DNA of 64,000 nucleotides from an uncultured virus (IMG/VR IMGVR_UViG_3300029317_000049). Its lineage: Duplodnaviria; Heunggongvirae; Uroviricota; Caudoviricetes. A program made the translations under genes and the position numbers. This document shows positions 10,406-20,987 of this stretch, piece after piece. The notes beneath the pieces are model-generated. The model was not told the DNA's origin. It saw only the letters and a program-made list of their open reading frames with translations, and searched no databases. Numbering within the stretch: the first letter of the stretch is position 1; every line of letters begins with the position of its first letter. The stretch lies in the IMG/VR virus record IMGVR_UViG_3300029317_000049; one strand, given 5' to 3'.

Positions 10406-10858
10406 TTAAAGGTCGCGCACTTCATCTTTTGTTAAGTACGGAATACCATTAATTTTGATAAAGTCAGGTGAGGTAACAATGCCTTTAATTGAGGTAGTAT
10501 CCTCTTCGCCACCTTCCGCTTTAAAGCCTAAAACTTCATCTAATTGCGGTAATACACCAAAGGCTTCAACGTTTTTAGTGCCTGCAGATACTTCAGCCAT
10601 AAATGACACGTCAAAGGGCTCTATACCTTTCCAACTGCCTGCCGCTTTCGCTTGACCTTCTACAAGTAAAAAGTTTTCATGATCAAGTTTTAATGTGACT
10701 TCTGCTTCAACAGGGCCATCAATAAAGCCAGTAGGAACACCGCGCGTATATTTAACTTTTCGTCCATCAGTTATTTTTACATTGGCCTCAATAACATGAA
10801 CCATTTTGTCACCAATCATGGTGTCAAAATCTTTACCGCCTAATGATTTTTTGCTCAT
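10406..10858 (-). CDS. Tail tube protein (HP1-type)
   Basis: TRGVPTGFIDG and TSPDFIKINGIPYL; follows sheath. Confidence 0.85.
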   Translation of the reverse strand: MSKKSLGGKDFDTMIGDKMVHVIEANVKITDGRKVKYTRGVPTGFIDGPVEAEVTLKLDHENFLLVEGQAKAAGSWKGIEPFDVSFMAEVSAGTKNVEAFGVLPQLDEVLGFKAEGGEEDTTSIKGIVTSPDFIKINGIPYLTKDEVRDL

Positions 10859-10929
10859 AATTCTTACCTTAGAATTTGCTTAGGATCTGTTTGTAATTTG
10901 CGGCAAAAGCCGTACCTACAACTAAATAA

Positions 10930-12039
10930 CTACTCTGTGGTGTCGAGCATAATGCCGACTATAATTGTGTCTGGTGAATCAATAGGTTTAACTTTCATCA
11001 ACACTTGCAGCTGCGTTGGCGTAATCCAAGTTAAACCAATAGAGTCTTCGTTTGGTACATCAATTTCACCAGGGAATTTATCGGGACCAATATTGATACT
11101 TTTGCTCATTTCACGCAGTGGTTTGCTTAAAATTCGTTTACCAAAAGCTATACCCGTTGGTGAATTATTCAAACGACGGTTTTTAATTTGATAAATGGCA
11201 ATAATGCGCACTTGTCTCGCGGCTTTATCGACCACGCGACCCGCTTCAATTTTTTGAAAATCGCCACCTTCCGCATCAAGCATGTTCACGCTACCAAAGT
11301 AAATGCCGTCAAAGTCAGTATAAAATTGGATACAACTAAAACGAATAACATCAAGTGCTGCGGTTACAGCACCGGTTAATGGTTTACCGTCTTTATCAAC
11401 GGGTGCAGGCAATAACGATAGTGGGCCTGTTAATACGCGCATTGGGCTATCAGCAATGGTTACGCTACGTTTGCATAAACGTCCAACAACGCCACCTAAT
11501 TCATCACCATAAAGTAATGGAATAACCGCGATTTCTTTACCTGCAACACCCTCAATTAAAGGCTGTATAGCCGTGTTATGCTCTGCCCATGATTCACCCG
11601 TAACAGGGGTTGCATCACAACCTGGTGCGGCCATCAAAATTCTAACTCGACGAGCATGTGTTGAAAGTAATTCTAATGCTTTAGCTTGATAGGTTTCTAC
11701 TTCGGGCTTGCCTGTAACGGGTGTACAAATAACAATAATTTCAGGACTAACACCTTGATCCATTGCCATATCAATTTGCGCTAAAATGTCATCACCTTGA
11801 GTGATAGGGATAGCCCAACCTGACACTAATTCGTCACCATTACGCATCCAAGCATCTAACTGAATTTTTAATGCCGTATCTGCGCCCACTAAGGTTTCAA
11901 AATCAGACTGTGCATTAATGGCAACCACTGCGTTTAAATTTTCCGTGCCTACACCAATAAACAAAGCCGCGCGTTCTACTTCTTTGGTGGCGCCACTACC
12001 TGTTTGTTGTGCGGTGACTAAAACCTTACCTTGAGACAT
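10930..12039 (-). CDS. Tail sheath protein (HP1-type)
   Basis: IADSPMRVLTG and RVVDKAARQVRI motifs. Confidence 0.85.
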   Translation of the reverse strand: MSQGKVLVTAQQTGSGATKEVERAALFIGVGTENLNAVVAINAQSDFETLVGADTALKIQLDAWMRNGDELVSGWAIPITQGDDILAQIDMAMDQGVSPEIIVICTPVTGKPEVETYQAKALELLSTHARRVRILMAAPGCDATPVTGESWAEHNTAIQPLIEGVAGKEIAVIPLLYGDELGGVVGRLCKRSVTIADSPMRVLTGPLSLLPAPVDKDGKPLTGAVTAALDVIRFSCIQFYTDFDGIYFGSVNMLDAEGGDFQKIEAGRVVDKAARQVRIIAIYQIKNRRLNNSPTGIAFGKRILSKPLREMSKSINIGPDKFPGEIDVPNEDSIGLTWITPTQLQVLMKVKPIDSPDTIIVGIMLDTTE

Positions 12040-12075
12040 GTTGTGATCCTTTTACTTGATTTATGTACTTTTTAG

Positions 12076-12723
12076 CTAACCAAGGCGCATTGCCTCGTCT
12101 AACATGTAATTTTTTAACTGTTTATATTCTTCAAGCTCTTGCCCTAAAAACGAACGTTCTCTTATTCTGTGATCCCACCTACGTCTACTTTGTTGGTAAA
12201 CAGGTGAAATAGCCCTTAAAACAGCCCCTGCTCTCTTTATACTTAAGTTTCCTACAATCCATTTGATTGACGGTTTTTTCAAACCTTGCCCTCGGCTTTT
12301 TCGAACTCTGTACTCTTCTTTAAGTAAAGCTTTGGCTTGTCTACGGGTTGCAGGTCGTTCACCGTTAAGTTTCCCGTATTTTTTATCTAAACTTTTTAGG
12401 TTACCTTCATAACTGTCACCATCTTGGTGTGCTCTCGCTATTTGCGCAGTTCTCGTATCACCAAAAGTAACTACCGCATTGTTTTCAGTGGTTTTAACTA
12501 TTAATTTTCGACCTATCTTTTTCAACATTCTGTTTTTACGGCCGTTAGATCGCTTTTTCCAAGCTTTTCCACTTAAATCAGACTGCCCCTTTAACCTTGC
12601 TCTTGTATCTCGTCTAACTTTTCTACCTGCACCGCGTAATATTCTTCTACGTTTACTAGGTGATAATGTGAGTAAATTAAGCTCTTCAAGTGCTTTACCG
12701 GCTTTAAAGTCAACAGCTAGCAT
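12076..12723 (-). CDS. Virion morphogenesis protein (gpS-like)
   Basis: Basic protein with IARAHQDG and ERSFLG motifs. Confidence 0.75.
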   Translation of the reverse strand: MLAVDFKAGKALEELNLLTLSPSKRRRILRGAGRKVRRDTRARLKGQSDLSGKAWKKRSNGRKNRMLKKIGRKLIVKTTENNAVVTFGDTRTAQIARAHQDGDSYEGNLKSLDKKYGKLNGERPATRRQAKALLKEEYRVRKSRGQGLKKPSIKWIVGNLSIKRAGAVLRAISPVYQQSRRRWDHRIRERSFLGQELEEYKQLKNYMLDEAMRLG

Positions 12724-13208
12724 TACGTGCTTTCTTGCTGAGAAACTTCACCGGTTAAGGTAAATATTTCAGCTATCCATAAACTTTGTTCACCAAAGTC
12801 ATAGTGCTTGCCATTTAATAAAAAGGGTCCATCAACCTGTTCAATCAGTTCAATGTCTTCACTAAAGGTTTCAATGGTTAATTCCACTTCAACACTATTG
12901 TCTTCAAGCGTATCAACGCTAAATTCCACTTCGCTGCTATCCTCTTTTTCAGCATGTTCTTGCAACCAAAAACTAACAAATGCGCATATTAATTCAGCCG
13001 GTGCATTGCAGGGGTTAATGCTAATAACGCCGCTGTAATAAAACCTTGCTGCTAAAATGCCAGTGCCGTTAATGCGCTTACTGGCGGGCTCAATTCTGCC
13101 GCCCTCTATCCAGGCATCAAATTGTGTTGGTAAAGCGAGTTTTCTGTCTTGATATTTTGCATCAATTAAATAAGCAGTTAAGCGCTGTAATTTGCTTTGG
13201 CTACTCAT
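12723..13208 (-). CDS. Tail completion protein (gpR-like)
   Basis: Synteny L-R-S. Confidence 0.65.
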   Translation of the reverse strand: MSSQSKLQRLTAYLIDAKYQDRKLALPTQFDAWIEGGRIEPASKRINGTGILAARFYYSGVISINPCNAPAELICAFVSFWLQEHAEKEDSSEVEFSVDTLEDNSVEVELTIETFSEDIELIEQVDGPFLLNGKHYDFGEQSLWIAEIFTLTGEVSQQEST

Positions 13209-13210
13209 GC

Positions 13211-13690
13211 TTAAATCAACTCTACTGTTAAGTTTTTACTGCAATTCATTAGTTGAGAAATGGCATCGTTACTTTGTTTAAGCCAATGCTGCTCACTGTC
13301 TATACGGTCTAACGCTTGTACTGTGCCTTTGTCACGATGGGTTTCCCCAAGCGTACTAATTAACAATAATGATTTTGCCAGGCTAAATACGGCATGCTTA
13401 TACAAAGTAACAAGTGTGCTTTCACCGTTTACAACATCACCTGGTACATCAGCCAAAGTGTTACTCTCAAGCCAGTTAGTCGCGAAATAAAATGCTAAGT
13501 CTTTATTTACTGAGGTAATAGCTAAACTAAGTTTTTGCACGGGCATACCTGTGGTATTGCCGTATTGCGTTGCTATAGCATAATGTTGAATAAATTCAGC
13601 AATGGCTACATCAGGATAAAAACCATTATTACTGTTATTAGTGACGGTTTTTGTTGATGTGGTGGCCGATGGCATACCCGTTAAATTCAT
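13211..13690 (-). CDS. Head completion protein (gpL-like)
   Basis: NNGFYPD and LYKHAVFSLAK motifs. Confidence 0.8.
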   Translation of the reverse strand: MNLTGMPSATTSTKTVTNNSNNGFYPDVAIAEFIQHYAIATQYGNTTGMPVQKLSLAITSVNKDLAFYFATNWLESNTLADVPGDVVNGESTLVTLYKHAVFSLAKSLLLISTLGETHRDKGTVQALDRIDSEQHWLKQSNDAISQLMNCSKNLTVELI

Positions 13691-13812
13691 TTAAAATTAT
13701 CCACTTTCAATTGTTAAAATTAGGTGTGGCCGCCACAACAAGCGATCAAAAACATATCAATGGTTTAATCAGTTGAAGTTGGCCACATGGCGTAAGAGTT
13801 GTTACTCTTTTG

Positions 13813-14598
13813 TTAAATTTCTATTTCAATATTTAGGGTTTTAGCAATATCACGCGCGGCTTTTTTAACCCCTGCTTTTTCGTTAATTTTTGTGGCTGTA
13901 ATGTAATGGTGTAGCGCGTTGCCGTAGTTGAATCGAACATGTTCTAACTTACCCGCCATGGCATACGTTTTACCGCCAACAATTTCACCTAAGTCCCAAT
14001 TGCCTTTTTCAGCCAAGCCAATAAGTTGATAGAACGGGTTGATAATGTTGCTGCTTTGAATGCTTTTAAGGCCTTTTTCTAACTGAACAGCACCTTCTGT
14101 ATAAAGTTGGTCAGCCATAAATACGCCCCAATGCTTGGTATTAAAACGCGTTGGTAGTGGCTGTTTTTGTTCAACCATTAACGGTAAAAGCTCAAGTGCT
14201 TTTGACCAACGTTTTAAGTCAACTAACCAAATAAACACCCATGCAAGCACGATGTTTGGATGATTAGCGCCACTGGCTTGATAATCATCAACGTATTTCA
14301 AGTATTCGTTGTTGGTTAACGCTTCGCTTTTATACTGGTCTTTATCTTCAATGGATGAAAATTGTTTAAGCTGAGCTAAGTCGGAGTTCATGCCGATGGC
14401 GTACATGTCAAAATCTTTCATGATTTGAGTACGTTCACCTTTGTTTAATGTCACCGTTTTATCAGAGCCAGCTTGTGCAGGGTCAACGGCAATGATTACT
14501 TTTTTCTCATTGTTTCCTGATGCTGCGGCTTGTCGATTTCTTAGCATTTTACTCATGATTTTTACTCTATAAAAAATGGCCTGCTTACACAGGCCCAA
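13813..14598 (-). CDS. Terminase small subunit (gpM-like)
   Basis: Follows capsid gene; C-terminal KAGVKK; true start probably the second Met. Confidence 0.8.
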   Translation of the reverse strand: MGLCKQAIFYRVKIMSKMLRNRQAAASGNNEKKVIIAVDPAQAGSDKTVTLNKGERTQIMKDFDMYAIGMNSDLAQLKQFSSIEDKDQYKSEALTNNEYLKYVDDYQASGANHPNIVLAWVFIWLVDLKRWSKALELLPLMVEQKQPLPTRFNTKHWGVFMADQLYTEGAVQLEKGLKSIQSSNIINPFYQLIGLAEKGNWDLGEIVGGKTYAMAGKLEHVRFNYGNALHHYITATKINEKAGVKKAARDIAKTLNIEIEI

Positions 14599-14621
14599 AG
14601 TCCAAGGGAATTATTTAATAC

Positions 14622-15659
14622 TTAATACCAGTCGGTACCGTCATATAATTTGACGTTGGTTGATTCAACATAGACACAAGCTTCTAGCACTGAAATACCA
14701 AAACATTCACGACGGCCATTCCAATCAATAATGGCTTCCGATTCGCTTGAATCTTCTACGTGTCTACGCCATGTGCCTTTTTGCACCATAATGACCAAGT
14801 TTTTAAGGCTTGTGATCATAATGCCGCGCGTTGGGAAAAATTCAGGCGTGTAAGCAGATAAACCAGCATAAGTTTTATTAACGGCTTGTAATTCAATGGC
14901 TTGTTTTTCGCTTGGAGTAGCACCGTGTGCTTCATACAATTTAGCTTTATCAGTGGCTAGTAACTCGCTACCTAATAGAACCACTAAATTTTTACGTAAG
15001 TGCTCAGGGATTAGCTGCAATGCGTCATGCACGGCCATATCAAGGTTTGCGTAATCACTATTATCACCAGAGCCGATATTAACAACACCACTTGCCGCTT
15101 CAATTTCAGTAACAACATTTTCAGGCTTTTGATCACGAAGGGTTTGTAACCAACCAATGTTACAATCTTGCATTAGTGGGTTAGCATCAATGTCTGAGTC
15201 AACAGCGTAGCTTGTACCGTTCCAACCAATAATTAGTCGGTCATTGGCAATAGCTTGCTGTACCCACTTACGGTAACGTTGATGGAAATCTTTAAAGGCA
15301 GGAGTCCAAGTGTCTAAATCATCGTAATGAATAAATACATCTGAGTGCACTTTATTACACTTATACTGCGAGCCAGTTAAACCCAATACATTACGTGGGC
15401 TACGCTTGTTTCCAGCCTTGGTATTTGTGGTACTCGTTACAGAGCCCGATACACCACCAAAAATGGTTTCGCCCTCGCCATGGTCAACAACTTGTGTGTG
15501 CACCATGCCTAAAAAGCTTGATTGCTCAGTAATTTGGTCTTGTAAGGTTTGCTCTAATGAAGGTGTAACTGTGAACTTGTGCGTCATGTCATCTACGCCA
15601 TAAGCTTGAGCCATGCCTTGCATGATTTTATTAAACACTAAGCGAATATCTTTTTTCAT
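14622..15659 (-). CDS. Major capsid protein (gpN-like)
   Basis: IGWNGTS and NPLMQDCNIGWLQ P2-family motifs. Confidence 0.92.
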   Translation of the reverse strand: MKKDIRLVFNKIMQGMAQAYGVDDMTHKFTVTPSLEQTLQDQITEQSSFLGMVHTQVVDHGEGETIFGGVSGSVTSTTNTKAGNKRSPRNVLGLTGSQYKCNKVHSDVFIHYDDLDTWTPAFKDFHQRYRKWVQQAIANDRLIIGWNGTSYAVDSDIDANPLMQDCNIGWLQTLRDQKPENVVTEIEAASGVVNIGSGDNSDYANLDMAVHDALQLIPEHLRKNLVVLLGSELLATDKAKLYEAHGATPSEKQAIELQAVNKTYAGLSAYTPEFFPTRGIMITSLKNLVIMVQKGTWRRHVEDSSESEAIIDWNGRRECFGISVLEACVYVESTNVKLYDGTDWY

Positions 15660-15709
15660 GGTAATTTCCTGTTAACTATTCTGTTAAATAAATCGATAAA
15701 ATATTTGTA

Positions 15710-16657
15710 CTAAAGCATTGCTTCGTTTTTGCTGAAATCACCTAGATTTTCATCATCAGCATCGGTTGTTTCTTTTGCAGGTTCGCCAATGGCTTTACTT
15801 AATTGCGTACTTAAATTTTCAATTTGTGTTGCCATGTCACCTACTTGCTTAGTGACCTTATTAAAATCGTCATTGTCAGCTAATGAAAATTCAGTTTTCT
15901 TTTCTAGATCTTTTTCTGGCTCATCGCCACTAACATCTTCATCTGGTTTTGCAGTAAAGTTTTTTTCAATGTTTTGCATTGATGCGGTTAATGTTGAAAA
16001 CCCTGTTGCTAATGCAGCTAATGGCTCAGTTAAGGCGGTTTGTAATTGTGTAAATTGGGCTTGATTCATTTCTTCATCGTCCTTTTTCTGGAATAAATTT
16101 TTAAAGCTAAAATGCGGCTTTTCCGGTGGTTTGTTTGAGTTGGTTAACGCGTAAATATCAGTAAAATCAAGCGTTGATTTAAAGTTTTCAATGGTGTTTT
16201 CTTGTCGCTTATTAGAGGAGAAATTAGCACGTGTGGTGTAGCAACAAGCGGGGTAATCTGTTGTTGCTAACCCTGTAAGGTATGTTTTACCTGAGCCTTG
16301 AAAATCTTGGTCTAATTCAACACTGTAATAAACGGCTTGGCCTGATTGATTCAATAATACAAAGGAGGCATTAGGGCTTAAAATGGCATAAAGACACAGT
16401 ACACCTTCGTCATTTTTGGCTTTATACACTTCCATTACATCGCCAAGCATGCCGCCGTTAATGTCTATCTGGTAATAATTTTTAGCTAACCAGCCGCCGA
16501 ACTCTGCTGAATGGTCTAAATTAATTCGCGCACCATATTTGTTGAAATTGTACGTTTCCACTATGTCGTCAATATGTGCTTTTGTAATTTCACGACCGTC
16601 AACAGTCATACCAACTGAACATATGCTTTGCGGTAAAGTTCTTAAATCACCAGCCAT
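15710..16657 (-). CDS. Capsid scaffolding/protease (gpO-like)
   Basis: GMTVDGREI, ARINLDH and YLTGLATTDYPA motifs. Confidence 0.9.
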   Translation of the reverse strand: MAGDLRTLPQSICSVGMTVDGREITKAHIDDIVETYNFNKYGARINLDHSAEFGGWLAKNYYQIDINGGMLGDVMEVYKAKNDEGVLCLYAILSPNASFVLLNQSGQAVYYSVELDQDFQGSGKTYLTGLATTDYPACCYTTRANFSSNKRQENTIENFKSTLDFTDIYALTNSNKPPEKPHFSFKNLFQKKDDEEMNQAQFTQLQTALTEPLAALATGFSTLTASMQNIEKNFTAKPDEDVSGDEPEKDLEKKTEFSLADNDDFNKVTKQVGDMATQIENLSTQLSKAIGEPAKETTDADDENLGDFSKNEAML

Positions 16658-16756
16658 TTTTAACCCTTGTACATTAATTAAATAGTAAATATGATTACTT
16701 AGGATTTAAGTTTGCCCTCTGATTTTATTCCTTTCCATTCATTTAACATTTTGAAA

Positions 16757-16779
16757 TTCCTATATTAAGCATTTAGGAA
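16757..16779. promoter_or_regulatory. Dyad TTCCTA-N11-TAGGAA, candidate late-activator site
   Basis: Inverted repeat centred between the divergent gpO and gpP genes. Confidence 0.4.
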
Positions 16780-16865
16780 CATATAGGTTTCGTTGTTAAA
16801 GAATTAACATTTTTAGCGCTATAAACTGCCGATATTCTTTATTTATATTGGTGTGTTTTGCGTTA

Positions 16866-18653
16866 ATGAAGCTTAGAAACAACCCTGCAACGATAAAACA
16901 AGCACGCAACCATTATGTTTTTGGTGCGCTAACGTTTGATGAAATAGCAGAGTTACCAGATATGCCAAGCGCGCGTACTTTACGCCGTTGGGCTGATGAT
17001 GGTGATTGGAATGAGTTGTGTCCGTCGTTAAACGTTGAAATACAAATATCACGCCGTTTAAATTTGTTGGTGGATTTAGAGGATAAAACCGATAAGCACT
17101 ATAAAGAAATTGAATTTTTAACTAAGCAGATTTGTGCATTAAATCAGTCGCGTTTACCTAGTGCCCGGTTAACTAAAAAATATGGGCAAGCACAGCCTAA
17201 TGCGGCTAATGATGGTGCTGAGCACCAAGGCAAAAGGAAGAAAAAAGCTAAGAAGAAAGTTAAAAATGATGTGTCTGGTATTACTAAGGAAATGCTGGAC
17301 CAGCTTAAAGATGAATTACTTTACCCCCATCAACAGTATTGGTTCGACAATCAAGATCACCGCAGCCGCTTTATATTAAAACCTCGTCAAATTGGCGCTA
17401 CTTTCTATTTTGCCTTTGAAGCTTTTTACGATGCCGTTGTTAATGGCCGTAATAAAATATTCATTTCAGCATCACGCGACCAGGCGGAAATATTTAAAGC
17501 CAACATTGTTGCTTTATGCCGTGAACACTTTGGTATTGAATTAAGCGGCTCGCCACTTACTTTGAATAATAATGGCAAAACCACCACGCTTTATTTTAAG
17601 TCTACCAATGCACGAACGGCACAATCGGCCAGTGGTGATTTATATATTGATGAAGTCTTTTGGATCCCTAAATTTAAAGAACTTCGTAGTTTAGCCCAAG
17701 CAATGGCTACGCATAAAGATTTTAAAATTACCTATTTCAGTACACCAAGTGTTACCAGTCATGAAGCTTATGATTTATGGAATGGTCGCTGGTATAGAAA
17801 AACTAAAGCCTGTAACGACCCCGAGTTTGACGTTGATACTAGTCATAAATATTTAAAAAATGGTGTGCTTTGTAAAGACGGTATTTGGCGACAACGCTTA
17901 CATGTTCACGATGTTGTTAACCAAGGCTTTGACCGTATTGATATTGAATTGCTTGAAGGTGAGTATTCCAAAGAAGAGTTCGACAACTTATTTTTATGCA
18001 AATTTATTGATGATGCGCATTCTGCCTTTAGCCTAAAACAAATCATGGCTTGTGTGGGTAATAGCACCAAGTGGAAAGATGTTGATCACACATGGGAAAG
18101 ACCATACGGCATGAAACCCGTGGTGATTGGTTTTGACCCCGCTCGAACCCGTGACATGGCCGCCGTTGTGGTGATGACTTTACCCGCCAATGCTTCTGAA
18201 AAATTCCGCATTCTTGAAACGTTAAATTTATCCGGTAACGATTTTGAAAGCATGGCAAAGCAAATTGAAGAGCTAACACTTAAATATAACGTGGTACACA
18301 TTGGCGTTGATACTACAGGCATTGGCTTAGGTGTGTTTGAGCTAATACAGAAGTTTTTTGCCATGGCAATGCCCATTTATTACAACCCACTAATGAAAAA
18401 CCGTTTAGTACAAAAAGCGATAAATATTATTGCGAATAAACGACTTGAATTTGATGAAGAGTCGGTAGGTATAGCAAGTAGCTTTATTAATATTCGTAAA
18501 AAAGTAGTTGGCGATCAAATTAGTTACGCAACCAACCGAACAGCAGTAACAGGCCATGCCGATATTGCATGGGCCATTATGCATGCGCTTATATACGAAC
18601 CACTTTCAGGTGGTATCGACAGTACACGAACTTCAATAGGAATAGCGGCTTAA
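16866..18653 (+). CDS. Terminase ATPase subunit (gpP-like)
   Basis: LKPRQIGAT, LYIDEVFWI, IGFDPART, HADIAWA. Confidence 0.95.
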   Translation: MKLRNNPATIKQARNHYVFGALTFDEIAELPDMPSARTLRRWADDGDWNELCPSLNVEIQISRRLNLLVDLEDKTDKHYKEIEFLTKQICALNQSRLPSARLTKKYGQAQPNAANDGAEHQGKRKKKAKKKVKNDVSGITKEMLDQLKDELLYPHQQYWFDNQDHRSRFILKPRQIGATFYFAFEAFYDAVVNGRNKIFISASRDQAEIFKANIVALCREHFGIELSGSPLTLNNNGKTTTLYFKSTNARTAQSASGDLYIDEVFWIPKFKELRSLAQAMATHKDFKITYFSTPSVTSHEAYDLWNGRWYRKTKACNDPEFDVDTSHKYLKNGVLCKDGIWRQRLHVHDVVNQGFDRIDIELLEGEYSKEEFDNLFLCKFIDDAHSAFSLKQIMACVGNSTKWKDVDHTWERPYGMKPVVIGFDPARTRDMAAVVVMTLPANASEKFRILETLNLSGNDFESMAKQIEELTLKYNVVHIGVDTTGIGLGVFELIQKFFAMAMPIYYNPLMKNRLVQKAINIIANKRLEFDEESVGIASSFINIRKKVVGDQISYATNRTAVTGHADIAWAIMHALIYEPLSGGIDSTRTSIGIAA

Positions 18654-19741
18654 TGAAAAAGAAATTTACTAAAAGGCGAGTAGCCAAAAAAGCAGAATCG
18701 GCATTAAACAAAAGCCAATCTACCCCTAGCTCTAACATTAATAGTTTTAGTTTTGGTGATCCTGAGCCGTGTTTAGATAACCGTTTAACGGAATACATGG
18801 GCATTTATGCCGACATGGATGGTCTTTATACGCCACCGATTTCATTAACCGGCTTAATAAAGTTACTTGATGTTAATGCCCAGCATGCACCTATTTTATT
18901 TTTTAAACGAAATATGATTTTAAAATGGTTTAAAAAAAATCCCATTTTGAATAGAAACAATTTCAGCAAATTCTCTTTTGATTATTTGTGGTCGGGTATG
19001 GGCTATTTTCAGGTAATTAACAATGCGTTTAATACGCCGATAAAATTAAAACATTTACCTGCATTGAATATGCGTTATACCACTGAACCTAATGTATATG
19101 CACAACTGCAAAACAATGGAAAAGTTTTAAAATTCCAACCAGGTGAAGTTATCCAGGTAAAAGAATATGACCCACGCCAAGGTATTTATTCTATTCCGCA
19201 ATATTACGGTGGTATTCAGTCAGCTTTACTTAATGAAGATGCAACCTTGTTTCGCCGTAAATACTATAAAAATGGCGCGCATATGGGTTTTATTTTTTCG
19301 ATGGCCGATCCCAACTTGAATGGCGAAGATGAAGCTATGCTCAAAAAGGCTATTTCAGAAAGTAAAGGTGCGGGTAACTTTAGAAGTTTATTTATTAATA
19401 CCAAATCACCCAAAGGTGACGCTGAAAAGGCGATAAAAATAACGCCCATTGGTGACGTTTCAACTAAAGACGAATTTGAACGTATTAAAAAAATAACACT
19501 AAACGATATGTTAAGCATGCACCGCGCAAGTGAAGCATTAAGCGGTCAAGCAAGTGGCGATAGCCCGGGCTTTGGTGATTTAGACAAAATAACCCGTAGT
19601 TATTACAACAATGAAGTGGTGCCACTGCAGCAAGAAATGCAGCAAATAAACGAATATTTACCCGCACATTTGCACCTTGATTTTAACATACCTACTTATT
19701 CAGATTTACACCCTGAGTTAGCCACCGAAGACGATAAATAA
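18653..19741 (+). CDS. Portal protein (gpQ-like)
   Basis: FRRKYYKNGAHMGFI; ATG overlaps the gpP stop. Confidence 0.93.
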   Translation: MKKKFTKRRVAKKAESALNKSQSTPSSNINSFSFGDPEPCLDNRLTEYMGIYADMDGLYTPPISLTGLIKLLDVNAQHAPILFFKRNMILKWFKKNPILNRNNFSKFSFDYLWSGMGYFQVINNAFNTPIKLKHLPALNMRYTTEPNVYAQLQNNGKVLKFQPGEVIQVKEYDPRQGIYSIPQYYGGIQSALLNEDATLFRRKYYKNGAHMGFIFSMADPNLNGEDEAMLKKAISESKGAGNFRSLFINTKSPKGDAEKAIKITPIGDVSTKDEFERIKKITLNDMLSMHRASEALSGQASGDSPGFGDLDKITRSYYNNEVVPLQQEMQQINEYLPAHLHLDFNIPTYSDLHPELATEDDK

Positions 19742-19754
19742 GGATATTAATTAA

Positions 19755-20090
19755 ATGACTTGGTTTGATGTACTTGACCTAATTGAATTTATTAAGCAAT
19801 GGGGCCGTTTGGTTGTATTGTCATTTTTAGCCGCCGCCGTACAAATGTATATAAGCGGTAAAAAGTTTACTTTCTTCCATTATTTTATGAATGTATTGGT
19901 CGCTATTTTTGCCGCGTATTCTGCCGCCGCTTTTTGTGAATGGCGAGAATTTAACGAGGATTTAACCACAGGCGTAATCGCCGTGGTGGCCTACACTGCC
20001 CCACATATTTTAGAGGGCTTAAACAAGTTAGTGCAGTTTATTGCCCAAAACCCAAAAGCTTTTTTAGCAAATTTATTAAAGGTGAAATAA
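19755..20090 (+). CDS. Holin-like membrane protein
   Basis: 111 aa, three hydrophobic segments, basic C-terminus, AAGGA RBS. Confidence 0.65.
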   Translation: MTWFDVLDLIEFIKQWGRLVVLSFLAAAVQMYISGKKFTFFHYFMNVLVAIFAAYSAAAFCEWREFNEDLTTGVIAVVAYTAPHILEGLNKLVQFIAQNPKAFLANLLKVK

Positions 20091-20091
20091 T

Positions 20092-20559
20092 ATGCCCTGG
20101 TTAAAATCAATCTTTTCTTTTTTAACTGATCCTATCGCTGACTTAACGGGTGGTTATAGGGAAAGAAAACGCATCTCTTCAGAAATGGCGGCAAGCATTG
20201 CGACAGCAGAATGTAATTTAAAAATCGCTAAGTTTAAAGCTGAAGAAACACGTTTGTTAAATACTGAAAATAACGACACTGATTATGATATGCAAGTATT
20301 GAAAAATCGTAAAAATACTTACATGGATGAAATTATTATTATCTTCTTTTTAGCATTGTTCGCTATGCACTTCTTACCAAGCACACAACCAATAATGTTA
20401 AAAGGTTGGATTGCTATGGGATATAAAGGTGCGCCCTGGTACTTTGAATTTATCATTGTAGGCATTGCCGTTAGTACATTAGGGTTAATGCGCTTGTTTA
20501 GGGTGTTTTTCAGAGCCAAGGAAAAAGACAAAACCAAGCAAGTGGTTGCTACTGGCTAA
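20092..20559 (+). CDS. Phage membrane protein (holin/lysis-related?)
   Basis: Coiled N-half plus two TM segments, APWYF motif. Confidence 0.5.
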   Translation: MPWLKSIFSFLTDPIADLTGGYRERKRISSEMAASIATAECNLKIAKFKAEETRLLNTENNDTDYDMQVLKNRKNTYMDEIIIIFFLALFAMHFLPSTQPIMLKGWIAMGYKGAPWYFEFIIVGIAVSTLGLMRLFRVFFRAKEKDKTKQVVATG

Positions 20560-20606
20560 CAGTATTTACCTTGTCCCGTCCTAAGATACGTTGACGGTTT
20601 TAATGG

Positions 20607-20638
20607 AAGGCCAGTAGCTATTGCTTCTGGTCTTTTTT
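20607..20638 (+). terminator. Intrinsic terminator of the P-Q-holin operon
   Basis: AAGGCCAGTAGC/GCTTCTGGTCTT stem with T tract. Confidence 0.7.
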
Positions 20639-20698
20639 GTGCACTTGGTTTAGTGATAATTAATGGCTATGTTGTAGAGTTTTGACTTTTATCAATTA

Positions 20699-20891
20699 TT
20701 CCGATCCTTTTAATGACATTTAATGACAATTAATGTCACTCTTTTGACATTCCGATCCTTTTTTTAGATCCTCTATTTTTTAGTAAAACCCCGATTGATA
20801 AAGCCCTGCCCGTAAATAAGCTATTTGGCCAATGTCACAACCAATGTCAAAAGTACACGTTTTTTGCTCGAAAGCGGAAGGTGAAGAGGAG
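20699..20891. repeat. Repeat-rich candidate cos/packaging region
   Basis: TTCCGATCCTTTT x2, AATG(A/T)CA x5, purine-rich tract 20870-20891; P2 cos position. Confidence 0.4.
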
Positions 20892-20945
20892 TGATTTTGT
20901 CTATAGGTTGAGTGTTTAGAGATTATTATTGCAGCATTTCTGTGA

Positions 20946-20961
20946 CTGTATATAATTACAG
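20946..20961. promoter_or_regulatory. LexA (SOS) box upstream of ogr
   Basis: CTGTATATAATTACAG fits CTGT-N8-ACAG. Confidence 0.8.
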
Positions 20962-20987
20962 TTATGTTTTATTGTTTGGTGTTAATT

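Noticed and set aside
13724..13788. TGTGGCC...GGCCACA inverted repeat between gpM and gpL as an ncRNA
   Set aside because: Short stem only; more likely an mRNA processing or attenuation structure
147..16064. Many plus-strand ORFs over the P2-like structural genes (and similar antisense ORFs in the Mu region)
   Set aside because: Antisense shadows of well-supported genes with no recognisable motifs
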